From positions 105,874 to 169,873 of the forward strand of contig CAZOMY010000001.1 in assembly GCA_964581115.1 (NCBI GenBank): a DNA stretch of 64,000 bases, given 5' to 3'. The stretch comes from an uncultured Ignavibacteriaceae bacterium. GTDB taxonomy: Bacteria > Bacteroidota > Ignavibacteria > UBA10030. Below the pieces are notes generated by a model. That model worked only from the letters and a program-made list of their open reading frames with translations. It had not been told where the DNA came from and did not search any database. The translations under genes and the position numbers were made by a program. Of the stretch, positions 10,062 through 21,020 are shown in pieces (the first letter of the stretch is position 1; every line of letters begins with the position of its first letter).

Positions 10062-10331
10062 ATGCCGATCACGAAGGAGCAGAAGGCAGAGCTGATCAAG
10101 AAATACGGCAAGGGGCCGGCCGACACGGGTACACCCGAAGTTCAGATCGCGGTACTCACGGCCCACATCAACAGCCTGTCGCCGCATCTGGAGGCCAACA
10201 AGAAGGACCACCACTCGCGGCTGGGGCTGCTCAAACTCGTCGGCAAGCGGCGCCGCTTGCTCGACTATCTGATGGCGAAAGACATTACGCGCTACCGAAA
10301 GATCATCCAGGAACTGGACATCCGGAAGTAA
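10062..10331 (+). CDS. rpsO: 30S ribosomal protein S15
   Basis: [16 protein letters not shown]...LLDYLM matches S15. An AAGGAG sits 5 nt upstream of the ATG at 10062. The listed ORF start at 10047 precedes this SD. Confidence 0.9.
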   Translation: MPITKEQKAELIKKYGKGPADTGTPEVQIAVLTAHINSLSPHLEANKKDHHSRLGLLKLVGKRRRLLDYLMAKDITRYRKIIQELDIRK

Positions 10332-10378
10332 CGCAGACCCGACGCGTCCATAGGGGCCGCGTCCAATGAAGGGAAACC

Positions 10379-12553
10379 ATGAGACACATTCAGGAGATCC
10401 TCCTTAACGGCAAACCGTTCACATTCGAGACCGGCCGATTCGCCAAGCAGGCGGACGGGGCGGTCATGGTGCGGTATGCTGATACGATGGTGCTGGCAAC
10501 CGTCGTGGGCGAACGAACCGCTCGCGAGGGCATCGACTATTTCCCGCTCCAAGTGGAATTCCGGGAAAAGACCGCTGCGGCCGGCAAGATCCCCGGCGGA
10601 TTCTTCAAGCGCGAAGGACGACCGTCCGAGCGCGAGATCCTCACGGCGCGCCTCATCGATCGGCCGATCCGTCCAATGTTCCCCGAAGGATATCGGAACG
10701 AGGTGCAGATTATCGTCACCGTCTATTCTTCGGACCGTCAGCATGATGCGGATGTGCTGGGTGCTTGTGCCGCCTCGGCGGCGTTGATGGTGTCGGACAT
10801 TCCGTTCGACGGTCCGATCGCCGAGGTCCGCGTGGGCCGCGTTAATGGACAGTTCATCATCAACCCGACCTACGCCGAACTGGAGGATAGCGACCTGGAT
10901 ATCTCGGTCGCCGGAACGGAAGATTCGATCGTCATGGTCGAAGGTGAATCGAAGGAGATCTCCGAAAAGGACATGCTTGACGTCCTCAAGGTGGCCCACG
11001 AATCGATCAAGGTCCTGTGTGCGGCCCAGAAGGAGCTGGCGGCGGTCATCAATAAGACGAAGCGGGTGGTCGAACTTCCAACGCTTCCCGACGGCTTGAT
11101 CGAAGCGGTGCGACAGCGAGCCGCCGGTCCGCTCAAGGAGCTCGCTCGGACGGTCTTGACGAAGGAAGTACGTTCACAAAGGACGGAGGAGGTCTACCAG
11201 GATGTTACCAAGGCGTTGCTCGAGCAGTACCCCGGGCAGGAAGCGGCCATCCACGAGATTCTGCATGACCTGGAAAGTCAGGCGATGCGGTCGACCATCT
11301 TGGATGAAGGCAAGCGTCTCGACGGACGAAACTTGACCCAGGTTCGACCGATCACGATCGAAGTAGGAGTCCTCCCTCGGACGCACGGCTCGTCGCTCTT
11401 CACTCGGGGCGAGACCCAAAGTCTGACGTCGGCCACGCTCGGAACGAAGATGGACGAACAGATGCTGGACGGACTGCATCCGGAAACGTCCAAGCGCTTC
11501 ATGCTGCACTATAACTTTCCGCCGTTCAGCGTCGGCGAAACGGGCCGGCTGGGCGTCGGACGGCGCGAGATCGGCCACGGCAATCTTGCGGAGCGAGCCC
11601 TGAAGAACATCGTCCCTCGTGAAAGCGAATTCCCGTACACGATCCGCGTGGTTTCCGATATCCTCGAATCGAATGGCTCATCGTCGATGGCCACGGTCTG
11701 CGCCGGCAGTCTCGCGCTGTTCGATGCAGGTGTGCCGATGTCAAGGCCCGTGGCGGGCATCGCGATGGGTCTCGTGAAAGAGGGCGAGAAGGTCGCCGTC
11801 CTGTCGGACATCCTGGGCAACGAGGACCATCTGGGCGATATGGACTTCAAGGTGGCCGGCACGGACCGGGGCATTACGGCCTGCCAGATGGACATCAAGA
11901 TCAAGGGGATCTCATTCGAGATCATGGAGAAGGCGTTGGCCCAAGCCAAAGAAGGCCGTCTGCACATCCTCAAGATCATGACGGAGGCGATCGAGAGGCC
12001 CCGACAGGAGCTTTCGCCCTTTGCGCCGCGACTGCAGACCTTGAAGATCCCCGTCGACATGATCGGTGCGGTCATCGGACCCGGCGGAAAGATGATCCGG
12101 CACATTACCTCGGAGAGCGGTGCCGAGATCAACATCGAAGACGATGGAACGATCACGATCGCCGCAGTTGAAGGAGAGTCGGCGCGCAAGGCGATCGAAA
12201 TGATCAACGCGATCACCGAAATGCCGGAGGTTGGCAAGGTCTACCACGCCACCGTCAAGAAAATCACGGACTTCGGCGCGTTCGTCGAGATCCTTCCCGG
12301 CAAGGAAGGACTCGTCCACGTGTCCCAGCTGGATGTGAAGCGCGTCGAAAAGGTCGAGGACATGTTCAAGGTCGGCGACCAGTTCGACGTGAAGCTGATG
12401 CTGATCGATGCCGCCGGAAAGATGAGTCTAAGCCGAAAGGCCCTGCTGCCTGGCGGCGAGAACGCAATGGAGGAGATCCAGAAGCAGAAAGAACGCCGGT
12501 CGTCCGGAGGCCCCGGGGGCCGCAGCCACGGAGGCCGTTCCCCTCGCAAATGA
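10379..12553 (+). CDS. pnp: Polynucleotide phosphorylase
   Basis: Two RNase PH domains plus KH and S1 domains; 724 aa. Confidence 0.95.
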   Translation: MRHIQEILLNGKPFTFETGRFAKQADGAVMVRYADTMVLATVVGERTAREGIDYFPLQVEFREKTAAAGKIPGGFFKREGRPSEREILTARLIDRPIRPMFPEGYRNEVQIIVTVYSSDRQHDADVLGACAASAALMVSDIPFDGPIAEVRVGRVNGQFIINPTYAELEDSDLDISVAGTEDSIVMVEGESKEISEKDMLDVLKVAHESIKVLCAAQKELAAVINKTKRVVELPTLPDGLIEAVRQRAAGPLKELARTVLTKEVRSQRTEEVYQDVTKALLEQYPGQEAAIHEILHDLESQAMRSTILDEGKRLDGRNLTQVRPITIEVGVLPRTHGSSLFTRGETQSLTSATLGTKMDEQMLDGLHPETSKRFMLHYNFPPFSVGETGRLGVGRREIGHGNLAERALKNIVPRESEFPYTIRVVSDILESNGSSSMATVCAGSLALFDAGVPMSRPVAGIAMGLVKEGEKVAVLSDILGNEDHLGDMDFKVAGTDRGITACQMDIKIKGISFEIMEKALAQAKEGRLHILKIMTEAIERPRQELSPFAPRLQTLKIPVDMIGAVIGPGGKMIRHITSESGAEINIEDDGTITIAAVEGESARKAIEMINAITEMPEVGKVYHATVKKITDFGAFVEILPGKEGLVHVSQLDVKRVEKVEDMFKVGDQFDVKLMLIDAAGKMSLSRKALLPGGENAMEEIQKQKERRSSGGPGGRSHGGRSPRK

Positions 12554-12584
12554 TCTCCTGAAGAGCCATCGCTTGCCATTCGAT

Positions 12585-12626
12585 CCTCTCCATGTCCGCA
12601 AGGTTGTGGAGGGGATCGTTCCTTTT
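12585..12626 (+). terminator. Candidate pnp terminator hairpin
   Basis: CCTCTCCAT-12nt-GTGGAGGGG stem with two G:U pairs. A CCTTTT tract follows 8 nt downstream. Confidence 0.3.
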
Positions 12627-12637
12627 CGACCCGGGCC

Positions 12638-13915
12638 ATGAACGCGACAAAGCCGCTTAGAGGTGAGACAACCATTCCCGGCGACAAATCGATCTCGCAT
12701 CGAGCTCTGATGATCGCGGCGCTTGCGGAGGGAACGTCTCGGCTTCACGGGCTTTCGACGGCTGACGATCCCCGCAGTACCGAGTCGTGTCTCACGGCGT
12801 TGGGCGTCAGGATGGTCGAGGATGACGGTGCAATCACGGTGGCCGGCGGCGGCCTCAATGGTATGCGCGCGGCAAGGATGGACCTGGACTGCGGCAACTC
12901 CGGGACCACGATGCGACTCCTGTCGGGCATTCTCGCCGGCCAACCGTTCCAATCGATCCTCGTCGGCGACGCATCGCTTGGCCGGCGTCCCATGGAGCGG
13001 ATCGCCGTTCCTCTTCGACAGATGGGGGCAGGGGTCGAAACGGCTGAGCACGGTCGACCGCCTCTTCGCATTACCGGACGAAGGCCGCTGAAGCCCGTCG
13101 ACTTCGTTGCGCCGGTCGCAAGCGCACAGGTCAAATCGGCGATCCTTCTTGCCGGACTCTTCGCCGAAGGGACCACCTCGGTGACAGAGCCCACACGCAC
13201 GCGCGACCATACGGAACGAATGCTGAAGCTGTCGTCGCATGTTTCGGCTCGAGGTACGGTGACGACGGTTGCGGGCGGGAGAAGGGTGGACCCGCTCGAC
13301 ATGATGGTGCCGGGCGATTGCTCGGCGGCGGTCTTCTTGGTCGGCGCGGCAGCCATTGTCCCAGGATCAGAACTGCTCATTCGCAATGTCGGCGTCAATC
13401 CACATCGCGCACGGGTCCTGGAGATCCTCAAGGAGTGGGGAATCGGCCTCGAACAGCTTGACCTCCGTTCCTCCGGAGGCGAGCCGGTCGCCGATCTGTT
13501 CGTTCGCTCGGGCACTCCATCGGGACCGCTGACACTGGCGAAGGAGGATGTGCCCGCCCTGATCGACGAGATCCCCGCTATGGCCTTGACAGCCCTGGGA
13601 ACGGGGAGCGCCTTCAGCGTCTCCGGAGCGTCCGAATTGCGGACCAAGGAATCGGACAGGATCTCTACGATCGTTCAGGGCCTTCGAGGCCTGGGGGTCG
13701 ATGTCGAGGAATTTGCCGACGGCTTTGCCTTTGAACCAAAGAACGACGTAATTGCCGCAACGATCGAAACCGACGGAGATCACCGGATCGCAATGGCGTT
13801 CGCCATCGCTGCCCTGCGGTTCCCGTCAATTCAGATCGACGATCCGGGGTGTGTCGCCGTTTCCTTTCCCGGATTCTTCCGGACCCTGCGCCGTCTGCAG
13901 GGTCGCTGGGAATGA
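12638..13915 (+). CDS. aroA: 3-phosphoshikimate 1-carboxyvinyltransferase (EPSP synthase)
   Basis: IPGDKSISHRALMIAALAEG and LDCGNSGTTMRLLSGILA are AroA hallmarks. Confidence 0.95.
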   Translation: MNATKPLRGETTIPGDKSISHRALMIAALAEGTSRLHGLSTADDPRSTESCLTALGVRMVEDDGAITVAGGGLNGMRAARMDLDCGNSGTTMRLLSGILAGQPFQSILVGDASLGRRPMERIAVPLRQMGAGVETAEHGRPPLRITGRRPLKPVDFVAPVASAQVKSAILLAGLFAEGTTSVTEPTRTRDHTERMLKLSSHVSARGTVTTVAGGRRVDPLDMMVPGDCSAAVFLVGAAAIVPGSELLIRNVGVNPHRARVLEILKEWGIGLEQLDLRSSGGEPVADLFVRSGTPSGPLTLAKEDVPALIDEIPAMALTALGTGSAFSVSGASELRTKESDRISTIVQGLRGLGVDVEEFADGFAFEPKNDVIAATIETDGDHRIAMAFAIAALRFPSIQIDDPGCVAVSFPGFFRTLRRLQGRWE

Positions 13916-13933
13916 CCTTTCAACGGAGCGGAT

Positions 13934-15031
13934 GTGGCCAGCGTACGACTTGAACACGTTAAGAAGGTTTATGACGGCGGGTTCGTCGCCGTTCATGACC
14001 TCTCATTGGAAATACAGGACAAGGAGTTTGTCGTCCTGGTCGGCCCGTCTGGATGCGGCAAATCGACCACCCTCCGTATGGTTGCGGGGTTGGAGGAGGT
14101 ATCGTCCGGCACGATCTCGATCGACGGGCGTGTGGTCAACGACGTGCCCCCGAAGGACCGTGACATCGCAATGGTCTTTCAGAACTATGCGCTCTATCCG
14201 CACATGACCGTCTTCGAGAACATGGCGTTCGGACTGCAGCTTCGGAAGTTCCCGAAAGAGGAGATCCGGCGGCGCGTGGAAGAGGCGGCGCAGCTGCTCG
14301 AGCTGACCGACGTTCTGGAAAGGAAGCCAAAGGCGTTGTCAGGTGGACAACGTCAGAGGGTGGCTGTCGGTCGCGCCATTGTGCGAAAGCCAAAGGTGTT
14401 TCTGTTCGACGAACCGTTGAGTAACCTGGATGCGAAGTTGCGCGTGCAGATGCGCACTGAAATCTCTCGGTTGCACCAGCGCTTGGGCGCAACCATGATC
14501 TACGTGACACACGATCAGACTGAGGCCATGACGATGGCCGATCGCATCGTTCTGATGAAGGATGGCCATGTCCAGCAGGTCGACAGTCCGCTCGGGATCT
14601 ATGGCGGTCCGAAGAACAGATTCACCGCCGGTTTCATCGGAAGTCCAGCCATGAACTTTCTGGACGGGTCGATCGAGCGGCGACGCGGACTCGTCTTCTG
14701 CGAAAAAGGAGGGCCGGTGACGCTGGCGATCCCGAGACGACTTCAGGCTCGTCTTAATTCGTGGGTCGGTCACGAGGTAGTGCTGGGGATCCGGCCGGAA
14801 CATCTCAGCCGAACGACCGGCAGGTCGGGAACGACCTTGAACATCACCGTCGATGTGGTGGAGCCGATGGGGAACGAGGTCTACGTTTACTTCGTGACCC
14901 GGCCGGACGGACCGCAGCATGTGGCACGATTGCCGGCCGACGAATTGCCGCAACGGGGGAAGCGCCTCACGCTGTCCGTCGATGCAGGCAAGCTTTACTT
15001 CTTCGACAAGCGCACCGAGATGGCCATCTGA
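13934..15031 (+). CDS. ABC transporter ATP-binding protein, MalK/UgpC/MsiK-like
   Basis: Walker A GPSGCGKST, LSGGQRQRVA signature, and a C-terminal TOBE-like domain. GTG start with GGAG 5 nt upstream. Confidence 0.9.
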   Translation: MASVRLEHVKKVYDGGFVAVHDLSLEIQDKEFVVLVGPSGCGKSTTLRMVAGLEEVSSGTISIDGRVVNDVPPKDRDIAMVFQNYALYPHMTVFENMAFGLQLRKFPKEEIRRRVEEAAQLLELTDVLERKPKALSGGQRQRVAVGRAIVRKPKVFLFDEPLSNLDAKLRVQMRTEISRLHQRLGATMIYVTHDQTEAMTMADRIVLMKDGHVQQVDSPLGIYGGPKNRFTAGFIGSPAMNFLDGSIERRRGLVFCEKGGPVTLAIPRRLQARLNSWVGHEVVLGIRPEHLSRTTGRSGTTLNITVDVVEPMGNEVYVYFVTRPDGPQHVARLPADELPQRGKRLTLSVDAGKLYFFDKRTEMAI

Positions 15032-15054
15032 TGCCCGGTACGGTAAGATCATTC

Positions 15055-15080
15055 GAACGGCGGACCACGGTCTGCCGTTC
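15055..15080. terminator. Candidate terminator hairpin between convergent genes
   Basis: GAACGGC-12nt-GCCGTTC sits between the ABC ATPase stop and the bshC stop. Confidence 0.35.
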
Positions 15081-15087
15081 GTCATTT

Positions 15088-16728
15088 CTACATTGTGATC
15101 AGCTGGTGCTTGAAGACATCGTGCCGTAGTTCGCCGCTCAGCCATCGTACGAACTCCGGCCCATATTTGTTGAGGTAGTACAGTACGTTGAGGGCGCGCT
15201 CCTGAAGTCCTCCCCCGGGTAGCATATACAGGGCGGCCTTGTCGACCTGACGCAGAAAGACCTCATGCTGCCGCTGTTGCGCGGCAAGGGTCTTCTGTTT
15301 CAGAACGTCGACATGAGAGCGGATCTTGACGAGTGTGTTGTCCAGAGGAGGGATCAGGGTCGGGTCGATCTTCTGGAGCCCTCCCCGTAGAGCGTTCAGG
15401 CTCTCATCGATCGATGTGATCGTGGCGGCGAAGAGTTCTTCCGTCTTGAAGTCCGAGACCTCCAGCGCGATGCGGTTCTTGACCTGTTCGAGATTGTTGA
15501 AGATGTCGAGGGGAGGGATCGCGAATCTCGCAAGCACTTTGTCCACCCGCTCTTCGATGATCGTTGCCGAAGCCCTCGGGTAGATGATCGGTACCGGAAG
15601 ACCGAAGTACTGATACAGGGGCATAAGCTGAGCAAAATAGGCCACTTCGGCCGGCCCGGCTACGTAGGCCACCGTGGGGAGCATAGTATCCTGGCAGATC
15701 GGCCGTAGGACGACGTTTGGACTGAAGGAGTGGGGCGAAGAGTCGAGGAGCGTCAACAACTCCTCGCGACCAAATGTCTGTCGTACTCCTTTGAGCGAAA
15801 AACCGGACGGATGGGGTTCGATCGGATATCTGCCGCCATGGTGGAAGAGGAACGCATTGACCGGTCTTGGCTTGACCTGGGCATGGTAGTGCTGTTCAAG
15901 CGAATCGCTTCGGTCGATGACGATCTGGCACGTGTTGGGGTCCTGCTCCAGTTCCTTCCGGAAGACGGGGGCCACGAGTCGCTTCAGTTCGGCATCGTCC
16001 GGATCGATGAACACCAGCCCTGCGTCATCCAGAAGGGTATTCATGAACTGGACGAACGCTTTCGTCATCGTCATGCCGGTCTGATACGCCGACCTTACCA
16101 ATCCAAAAGCAGCCTCCGAGAACTCCGACGGCGTCACGGCAGCTTGGATCGACGCCAGCATCTGCTCTAAACCTGTCCCCATGACGTGACGACCGACAGC
16201 CCCCAGATTCTTGCCCTGGAGCTTCGGGTCAAGCTCGTACGCAAATGAAGCCAGTTCGTTGGCGGCTGAGATCACCTTGACCGAAGCCACCTCCGCGAAG
16301 TCGTGGTCTTCACCCTCGATCCAGAAGACCGGTACAAACTCGAATCCCGGATGCTCCTTGCCGAGTCGCTGGGCCAGTTTAACAGCCGTGATCGCCTTGT
16401 ACAAAGAATAAAGGGGTCCGCCAAGCACGCCAACCTGCTGGCCGGTGACCACGGCGACGCACGTATCGTTGAGCAGAAGATCGATGTGGGCCAGCGTGCG
16501 AACGCCGCACTGGAAATCTCGATTCTGCCTCGAAAGCGCTCGGACGAGCGTCGAACGGTCCAACGTTCGGTGAGTGACCTGCTTGATCGTCCTTTCCCAC
16601 ACCGAATGACTTCGAAAATCGGAAGGCAGATACGATGCAACCCGACTTGGATCGGTCATGAAATCGGCGTACAGCCTGCTGATGCCTAGGTCGGTGGATA
16701 CAAGGTCATTGACATCGATAGTTTGCAT
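15088..16728 (-). CDS. bshC: Bacillithiol biosynthesis cysteine-adding enzyme BshC
   Basis: The conserved VTGQQVGVLGGPLYSLYK motif and a length of about 547 aa fit the BshC/YllA family. Start chosen at the MQTIDV Met; the listed ORF extends 39 codons further upstream. Confidence 0.8.
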   Translation of the reverse strand: MQTIDVNDLVSTDLGISRLYADFMTDPSRVASYLPSDFRSHSVWERTIKQVTHRTLDRSTLVRALSRQNRDFQCGVRTLAHIDLLLNDTCVAVVTGQQVGVLGGPLYSLYKAITAVKLAQRLGKEHPGFEFVPVFWIEGEDHDFAEVASVKVISAANELASFAYELDPKLQGKNLGAVGRHVMGTGLEQMLASIQAAVTPSEFSEAAFGLVRSAYQTGMTMTKAFVQFMNTLLDDAGLVFIDPDDAELKRLVAPVFRKELEQDPNTCQIVIDRSDSLEQHYHAQVKPRPVNAFLFHHGGRYPIEPHPSGFSLKGVRQTFGREELLTLLDSSPHSFSPNVVLRPICQDTMLPTVAYVAGPAEVAYFAQLMPLYQYFGLPVPIIYPRASATIIEERVDKVLARFAIPPLDIFNNLEQVKNRIALEVSDFKTEELFAATITSIDESLNALRGGLQKIDPTLIPPLDNTLVKIRSHVDVLKQKTLAAQQRQHEVFLRQVDKAALYMLPGGGLQERALNVLYYLNKYGPEFVRWLSGELRHDVFKHQLITM

Positions 16729-16802
16729 GAGATGCCCGGTCGTTTCGTCAAATATATCAATGATTTGCGGGTGGTGCAAAATAAGGTTTCGTATATTTAC
16801 AC

Positions 16803-17711
16803 ATGACAAGAGTGATCGGAGATCCAAGCCCTCGCCTGCTGGCATTTGCCGAGCTCGTCAAGCCAGAGTTGACCGGCCTGACCGTTCTGACAGGGATAGT
16901 TGCGTTTCTGTTCGCCGGAGGATCCCCGTACGATTGGCCGGGTGTGGTTTGGGCCGGTTCCGCGATGTTCCTTGTCGGTGGTTGCGCTGCATCATGGAAT
17001 CAGGTGCTCGAGCGCTCTCATGACGAGCAGATGAGGCGTACCGAGCGAAGACCGATCCCATCCGGGAGGATAGGTCACGGTGAAGCGGTACTCTTCGGAT
17101 CTCTTGCGGGTGTCGGCGGGATTGTCTTACTCTGGATGCGGTTTGGCTGGCTTCCAGCCGTGCTAGCGGTGGCCACGCTCGTGCTTTACCTTGGGGTCTA
17201 CACGCCCCTCAAGCGGCGGACCTCGTGGAATACCGTCATTGGCGCCATTCCCGGAGCCCTGCCGACGCTGATTGGCTGGTCGGCCGGGGAGGGATCCATT
17301 TCTGCGCCTGGATGGATCTTTTTTAGCATTCTGGTCTTCTGGCAGTTCCCTCACTTTTTCGCGTTGGCCTGGATGTACCGGCCGGACTATCTGCGGGCTG
17401 GATATCGCATGCTTCCTCTTGATGACGATATCCATGGGACTCGAACCAATCGGTATAACATCCTGTCGATCATGACGTTGATCTTGATTACTTCACTTCT
17501 CTATTTTGGCCACTATGCCGGATCCTTCTACCTTGCTGTCGGTCTTCTAGCCGGAGCAGGTTTCCTGCTCGTGGCGTGGGCCGTTCGAGCTGAACAACAG
17601 CGATCGGATGGCACGGGAATTGGCAGGATCCCTCGAAAACTGTTCTACGCCTCGTTGCTCTACCTTCCCATCGTTTTGCTCAGCGCATTGCTCGACCGTC
17701 TACCGCAGTAG
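16803..17711 (+). CDS. ctaB: Protoheme IX farnesyltransferase (heme O synthase), UbiA family
   Basis: Multi-TM UbiA prenyltransferase with a CyoE/CtaB-type profile (LKRRTSWNTVIGAIPGALP...FFWQFPHFFALAWMYRPDY). Confidence 0.85.
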   Translation: MTRVIGDPSPRLLAFAELVKPELTGLTVLTGIVAFLFAGGSPYDWPGVVWAGSAMFLVGGCAASWNQVLERSHDEQMRRTERRPIPSGRIGHGEAVLFGSLAGVGGIVLLWMRFGWLPAVLAVATLVLYLGVYTPLKRRTSWNTVIGAIPGALPTLIGWSAGEGSISAPGWIFFSILVFWQFPHFFALAWMYRPDYLRAGYRMLPLDDDIHGTRTNRYNILSIMTLILITSLLYFGHYAGSFYLAVGLLAGAGFLLVAWAVRAEQQRSDGTGIGRIPRKLFYASLLYLPIVLLSALLDRLPQ

Positions 17712-17831
17712 TTCAGCACTCTCTGGATCAACGATCGCCTTTTACCAACGGAAAGAGGGCCTTCGCATTGGAGCGGGATCGTCGTCCTCTGCTCCAGCAA
17801 CCTCGGCCATTCGGACCCTGGATTGGCGCTG

Positions 17832-18656
17832 TCAGCCGGGGAAGTGGAGGAGGGCGTGACGGACAAGGGATGTGAAGCGTTCAGAAGCCCGGCGGGCGGT
17901 TGCAGTCACCTCCTCATGCGTGAGGCGAGTGTCGGAGATCCCGGTTCCCATGTTCGAGATGAGCGAGATCCCGGCAGTGCGGAGGCCGTACCGTCTTGCT
18001 TCGACGATCTCGGGTACGGTGGACATCCCAACCGCATGCGCGCCGATCGTGGCCAGCATTCTGATCTCGGCGGCTGTCTCGTAGGAGGGACCATGAACCC
18101 AGGCATAGGTTCCCTGCCGAAGCTCAACCTTGGTTTCCCGCGCTGCCTCGATGATCAAGTCACACAAACTTCGGTCCATCAGGGGGGCAGATCGGCCGGT
18201 TGCCGGATGATGTTCGAACCCGGATATCGATCGATTGAGGGTGATTACGTCTTCGATCAGCATGAGGTCTCCCGGGCTGAAAGTCCTGTCGATGCCGCCA
18301 GCGGCATTTGTGATCAGGATTGAGCGAATCCCGAGTGCCCGGGCCAGTCGGATCGGGGCAACGGCGGTCGAGAGGTCGCCCGACTCGTAGAAGTGGACGC
18401 GGCCTTGGAAGATCAAAAGGGGTTGAGACCTATGCGGGCCTTCGGAGATATGACCGAAGTACAAAGCCCCGGCATGGCCCGCGACCGTGGAGTGGGGATA
18501 GCCGGCGATCTCGCTGACCGGAATCCGCAACGGTGAGCTCAGTTGGGATGCGAACCCGCCCAAGCCCGAGCCGAGTATCACCCCGACGGTCGGCGCCTCG
18601 GGAATCCTGGCAAGGAGTCCTTCTGCCTGTCTTTCAAAATCGAGGTCTGTTGACAT
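17832..18656 (-). CDS. Purine nucleoside phosphorylase (PNP family I, PunA/MtnP-like)
   Basis: VGVILGSGLGGF...GHAGALYFG...YETAAEIRM are PNP-I motifs. Confidence 0.85.
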   Translation of the reverse strand: MSTDLDFERQAEGLLARIPEAPTVGVILGSGLGGFASQLSSPLRIPVSEIAGYPHSTVAGHAGALYFGHISEGPHRSQPLLIFQGRVHFYESGDLSTAVAPIRLARALGIRSILITNAAGGIDRTFSPGDLMLIEDVITLNRSISGFEHHPATGRSAPLMDRSLCDLIIEAARETKVELRQGTYAWVHGPSYETAAEIRMLATIGAHAVGMSTVPEIVEARRYGLRTAGISLISNMGTGISDTRLTHEEVTATARRASERFTSLVRHALLHFPG

Positions 18657-18657
18657 C

Positions 18658-20013
18658 CTATCCGACCAGGATCCCTGCGATCGTGGCGGTCAGAAGAGTG
18701 GCGAGCGTTCCCCCCAAGACCGAGCGCAAGCCCAAGGCTGCGATGTCCTTCTGCCGATGGGGCGCGAGCGGTCCGATCCCGCCGATCTGTATGGCGATCG
18801 ACGAAAAGTTGGCAAATCCGCACAGCGCATAGGTGGCCATCAAGATCGTCTTCTCCGAAAGCGCCTTGGCTTGCACCAGGGCGGCCAGATCAAGGTAGGC
18901 CACAAACTCATTCAAAGCGACCTTTGTGCCGATCAGGCTCCCAAACGAGAGTGCGTCGGTCCATGGGACGCCAATCCCTACCGCGAGAAACTGTAGAACC
19001 ACTCCGAACAGATACTGCAAAGATACTGTGGTCGGCTTTTCATAGAAGGACGTCAACCAGCCGTTCATGCCAGAGATGTCACCGATCCATCCAAGTATCG
19101 CATTCACCAACGCGATCAACGCAATGAATGCCAATAACATACCGGCGACATTGAAAGCCAGTTTGAGGCCATCACCGGCACCCGTCGCGGCCGCCTCGAT
19201 GATGTTCGAGGCGTTGCGTTCGACCTTGAGCTTGACGGTGCCTCGGGTCTCGGGTTCCTCTACCTCCGGGTGGAGGATCTTGGCGATCAACAAACCCGCA
19301 GGGGCGGCCATGGTGCTGGCGGCCAGCAGTTGAACGGCGAAGCGCAGCTGGGCCTCCTGCAGGTTGATACCGTGGGCATTCGCGAACGATTGGCCCAGCA
19401 TCTGGATGTAGCTCACCATTACTCCTCCCGCAATCGTGGCCATGCCCCCGACCATGATTGCCATGATCTCCGAATTGGTCATCGTTCCGATGTAGGGACG
19501 AATGAGCAATGGCGCCTCGGTCTGGCCTACGAAGATGTTGGCCGTGTTCGAGAGGGATTCCGCACCGCTGGTGCCCATGAGGCGAGCCATGACCCATGCC
19601 ATGCCTTTCACGACGGTCTGCAGGATGCCGAGGTAATACAGAACGGATGTCAGACAAGAGACGAAGATGATCGTTGGAAGGACCTGAAACGCAAAGAAGA
19701 ATCCGAGGCTGTTCGGACCGCTGTTCAGAGCGAGATTACCGAAGACGAATTGCGACCCGACGGTCGTGAAGCCCAGGAGGGCGACTACGCCGTGCCCGAT
19801 CCCGTCAATGCCGTCCTTCAGCCAACCGAGCGGGCCAAAGAGGGCTCGCAGCTGTTCAGAGTAGAGGATGAAGATCGCGAAGGTCAATTGGATCGCCAAG
19901 CCGCTGGCGACTAGGCGCCAATTGATGCGACGCCGGTTGTTCGAGAAGAGGACGGCGATACCAAGAATGAACAGCACGCCGCCGATGCCTCGGAGCACGG
20001 AGATGAGGTCCAT
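18658..20013 (-). CDS. nupC: Concentrative nucleoside transporter, NupC family
   Basis: 451 aa multi-TM protein with a CNT family profile. It lies 1 nt from punA. Confidence 0.85.
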   Translation of the reverse strand: MDLISVLRGIGGVLFILGIAVLFSNNRRRINWRLVASGLAIQLTFAIFILYSEQLRALFGPLGWLKDGIDGIGHGVVALLGFTTVGSQFVFGNLALNSGPNSLGFFFAFQVLPTIIFVSCLTSVLYYLGILQTVVKGMAWVMARLMGTSGAESLSNTANIFVGQTEAPLLIRPYIGTMTNSEIMAIMVGGMATIAGGVMVSYIQMLGQSFANAHGINLQEAQLRFAVQLLAASTMAAPAGLLIAKILHPEVEEPETRGTVKLKVERNASNIIEAAATGAGDGLKLAFNVAGMLLAFIALIALVNAILGWIGDISGMNGWLTSFYEKPTTVSLQYLFGVVLQFLAVGIGVPWTDALSFGSLIGTKVALNEFVAYLDLAALVQAKALSEKTILMATYALCGFANFSSIAIQIGGIGPLAPHRQKDIAALGLRSVLGGTLATLLTATIAGILVG

Positions 20014-20028
20014 AGCGTCTGTAAGAGG

Positions 20029-20607
20029 TCAGTGGGAGTGAGTCTGATGACAGCGGCGGCAGCGGGCCTCGTAGAGGTCTTTCGCACCGACGACCACCCG
20101 TTCCTGCGATCCGCCCTTCCGGTAGGTGCGGTCGGCCGGATTACCGCAGACGACACAGATGGCGAGGGTCTTGGTGATATACTCTGCGACGGCCAGTAGC
20201 TGCGGGATGGGGTCGAATGGCTTCCCTTGGAAATCCTGGTCGAGCCCCGCTACGATGACACGCCGTCCTTCGTTGGCCAGATGCTCGCACACCTCGACGA
20301 GATTCACATCGAAGAACTGCGCCTCATCAACGCCGACCACCTGAGCGGTGCCGGCGAGTCGAAGGATCTCCGATGCGTCCTTGACAGGAGTCGAAATGAG
20401 CGATTGCTCGCTGTGTGATACGATGCGCTCGCGGTCGTAGCGATCGTCAATAACGGGCTTGAAGACGGCGACGGTCTGTCTGGCGATCTGGGCGCGGCGA
20501 AGCCGTCGGATGAGTTCCTCGGTCTTTCCGCTGAACATGCAGCCGCAAATGACTTCGATCCAACCGACGCTACGGGGAATGAGGTGCAGGGTGGACGTAT
20601 CCATCAT
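20029..20607 (-). CDS. tdk: Thymidine kinase
   Basis: P-loop [17 protein letters not shown] motif, and a C-terminal zinc-ribbon with Cys pairs. Confidence 0.9.
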   Translation of the reverse strand: MMDTSTLHLIPRSVGWIEVICGCMFSGKTEELIRRLRRAQIARQTVAVFKPVIDDRYDRERIVSHSEQSLISTPVKDASEILRLAGTAQVVGVDEAQFFDVNLVEVCEHLANEGRRVIVAGLDQDFQGKPFDPIPQLLAVAEYITKTLAICVVCGNPADRTYRKGGSQERVVVGAKDLYEARCRRCHQTHSH

Positions 20608-21020
20608 CGTGAACGCGAGCGGTTCCGGAGGAACGCGCCGTCGAACGCGTGAGGAAGGAGTTCCTTCAATCTGTGAACGCGCGTCCGGCGAGATGGTGAA
20701 ATGAGAATCACGTCGATGTTACCGGCCAGGTCGGAGATGACCTGCCGGCAAGCTCCACAGGGGGGTGTCAATGGATCGGTATCGGCCGCGACCGCGATCG
20801 CAACGAAATCCCGTTCTCCTTCCGAGATGGCCTTGAAGAGCGCGACCCGTTCGGCGCACATGCTTAGACCGTACGAGCTGTTCTCGACGTTGCAGCCGGT
20901 GTAGACCCTGCCCGTCGCTGTCAAGACGGCGGCACCGACGGCAAATCGGGAATACGGCGCAAGGGCGAACGACCGCGCTCGAAGGGCGACCAACCCAAGG
21001 TCTCGGTACTGTTGCCGCAT
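20604..21020 (-). CDS. cdd: Cytidine deaminase
   Basis: CAERVA...PCGACRQ zinc-binding motifs. Overlaps tdk by 4 nt. Confidence 0.85.
   Translation of the reverse strand: MRQQYRDLGLVALRARSFALAPYSRFAVGAAVLTATGRVYTGCNVENSSYGLSMCAERVALFKAISEGERDFVAIAVAADTDPLTPPCGACRQVISDLAGNIDVILISPSRRTRVHRLKELLPHAFDGAFLRNRSRSR

Noticed and set aside
17712-17831. Terminator between convergent ctaB and punA
   Set aside because: I found only a weak 6-7-bp inverted repeat (TGGAGC...GCTCCA) with no U-tract.
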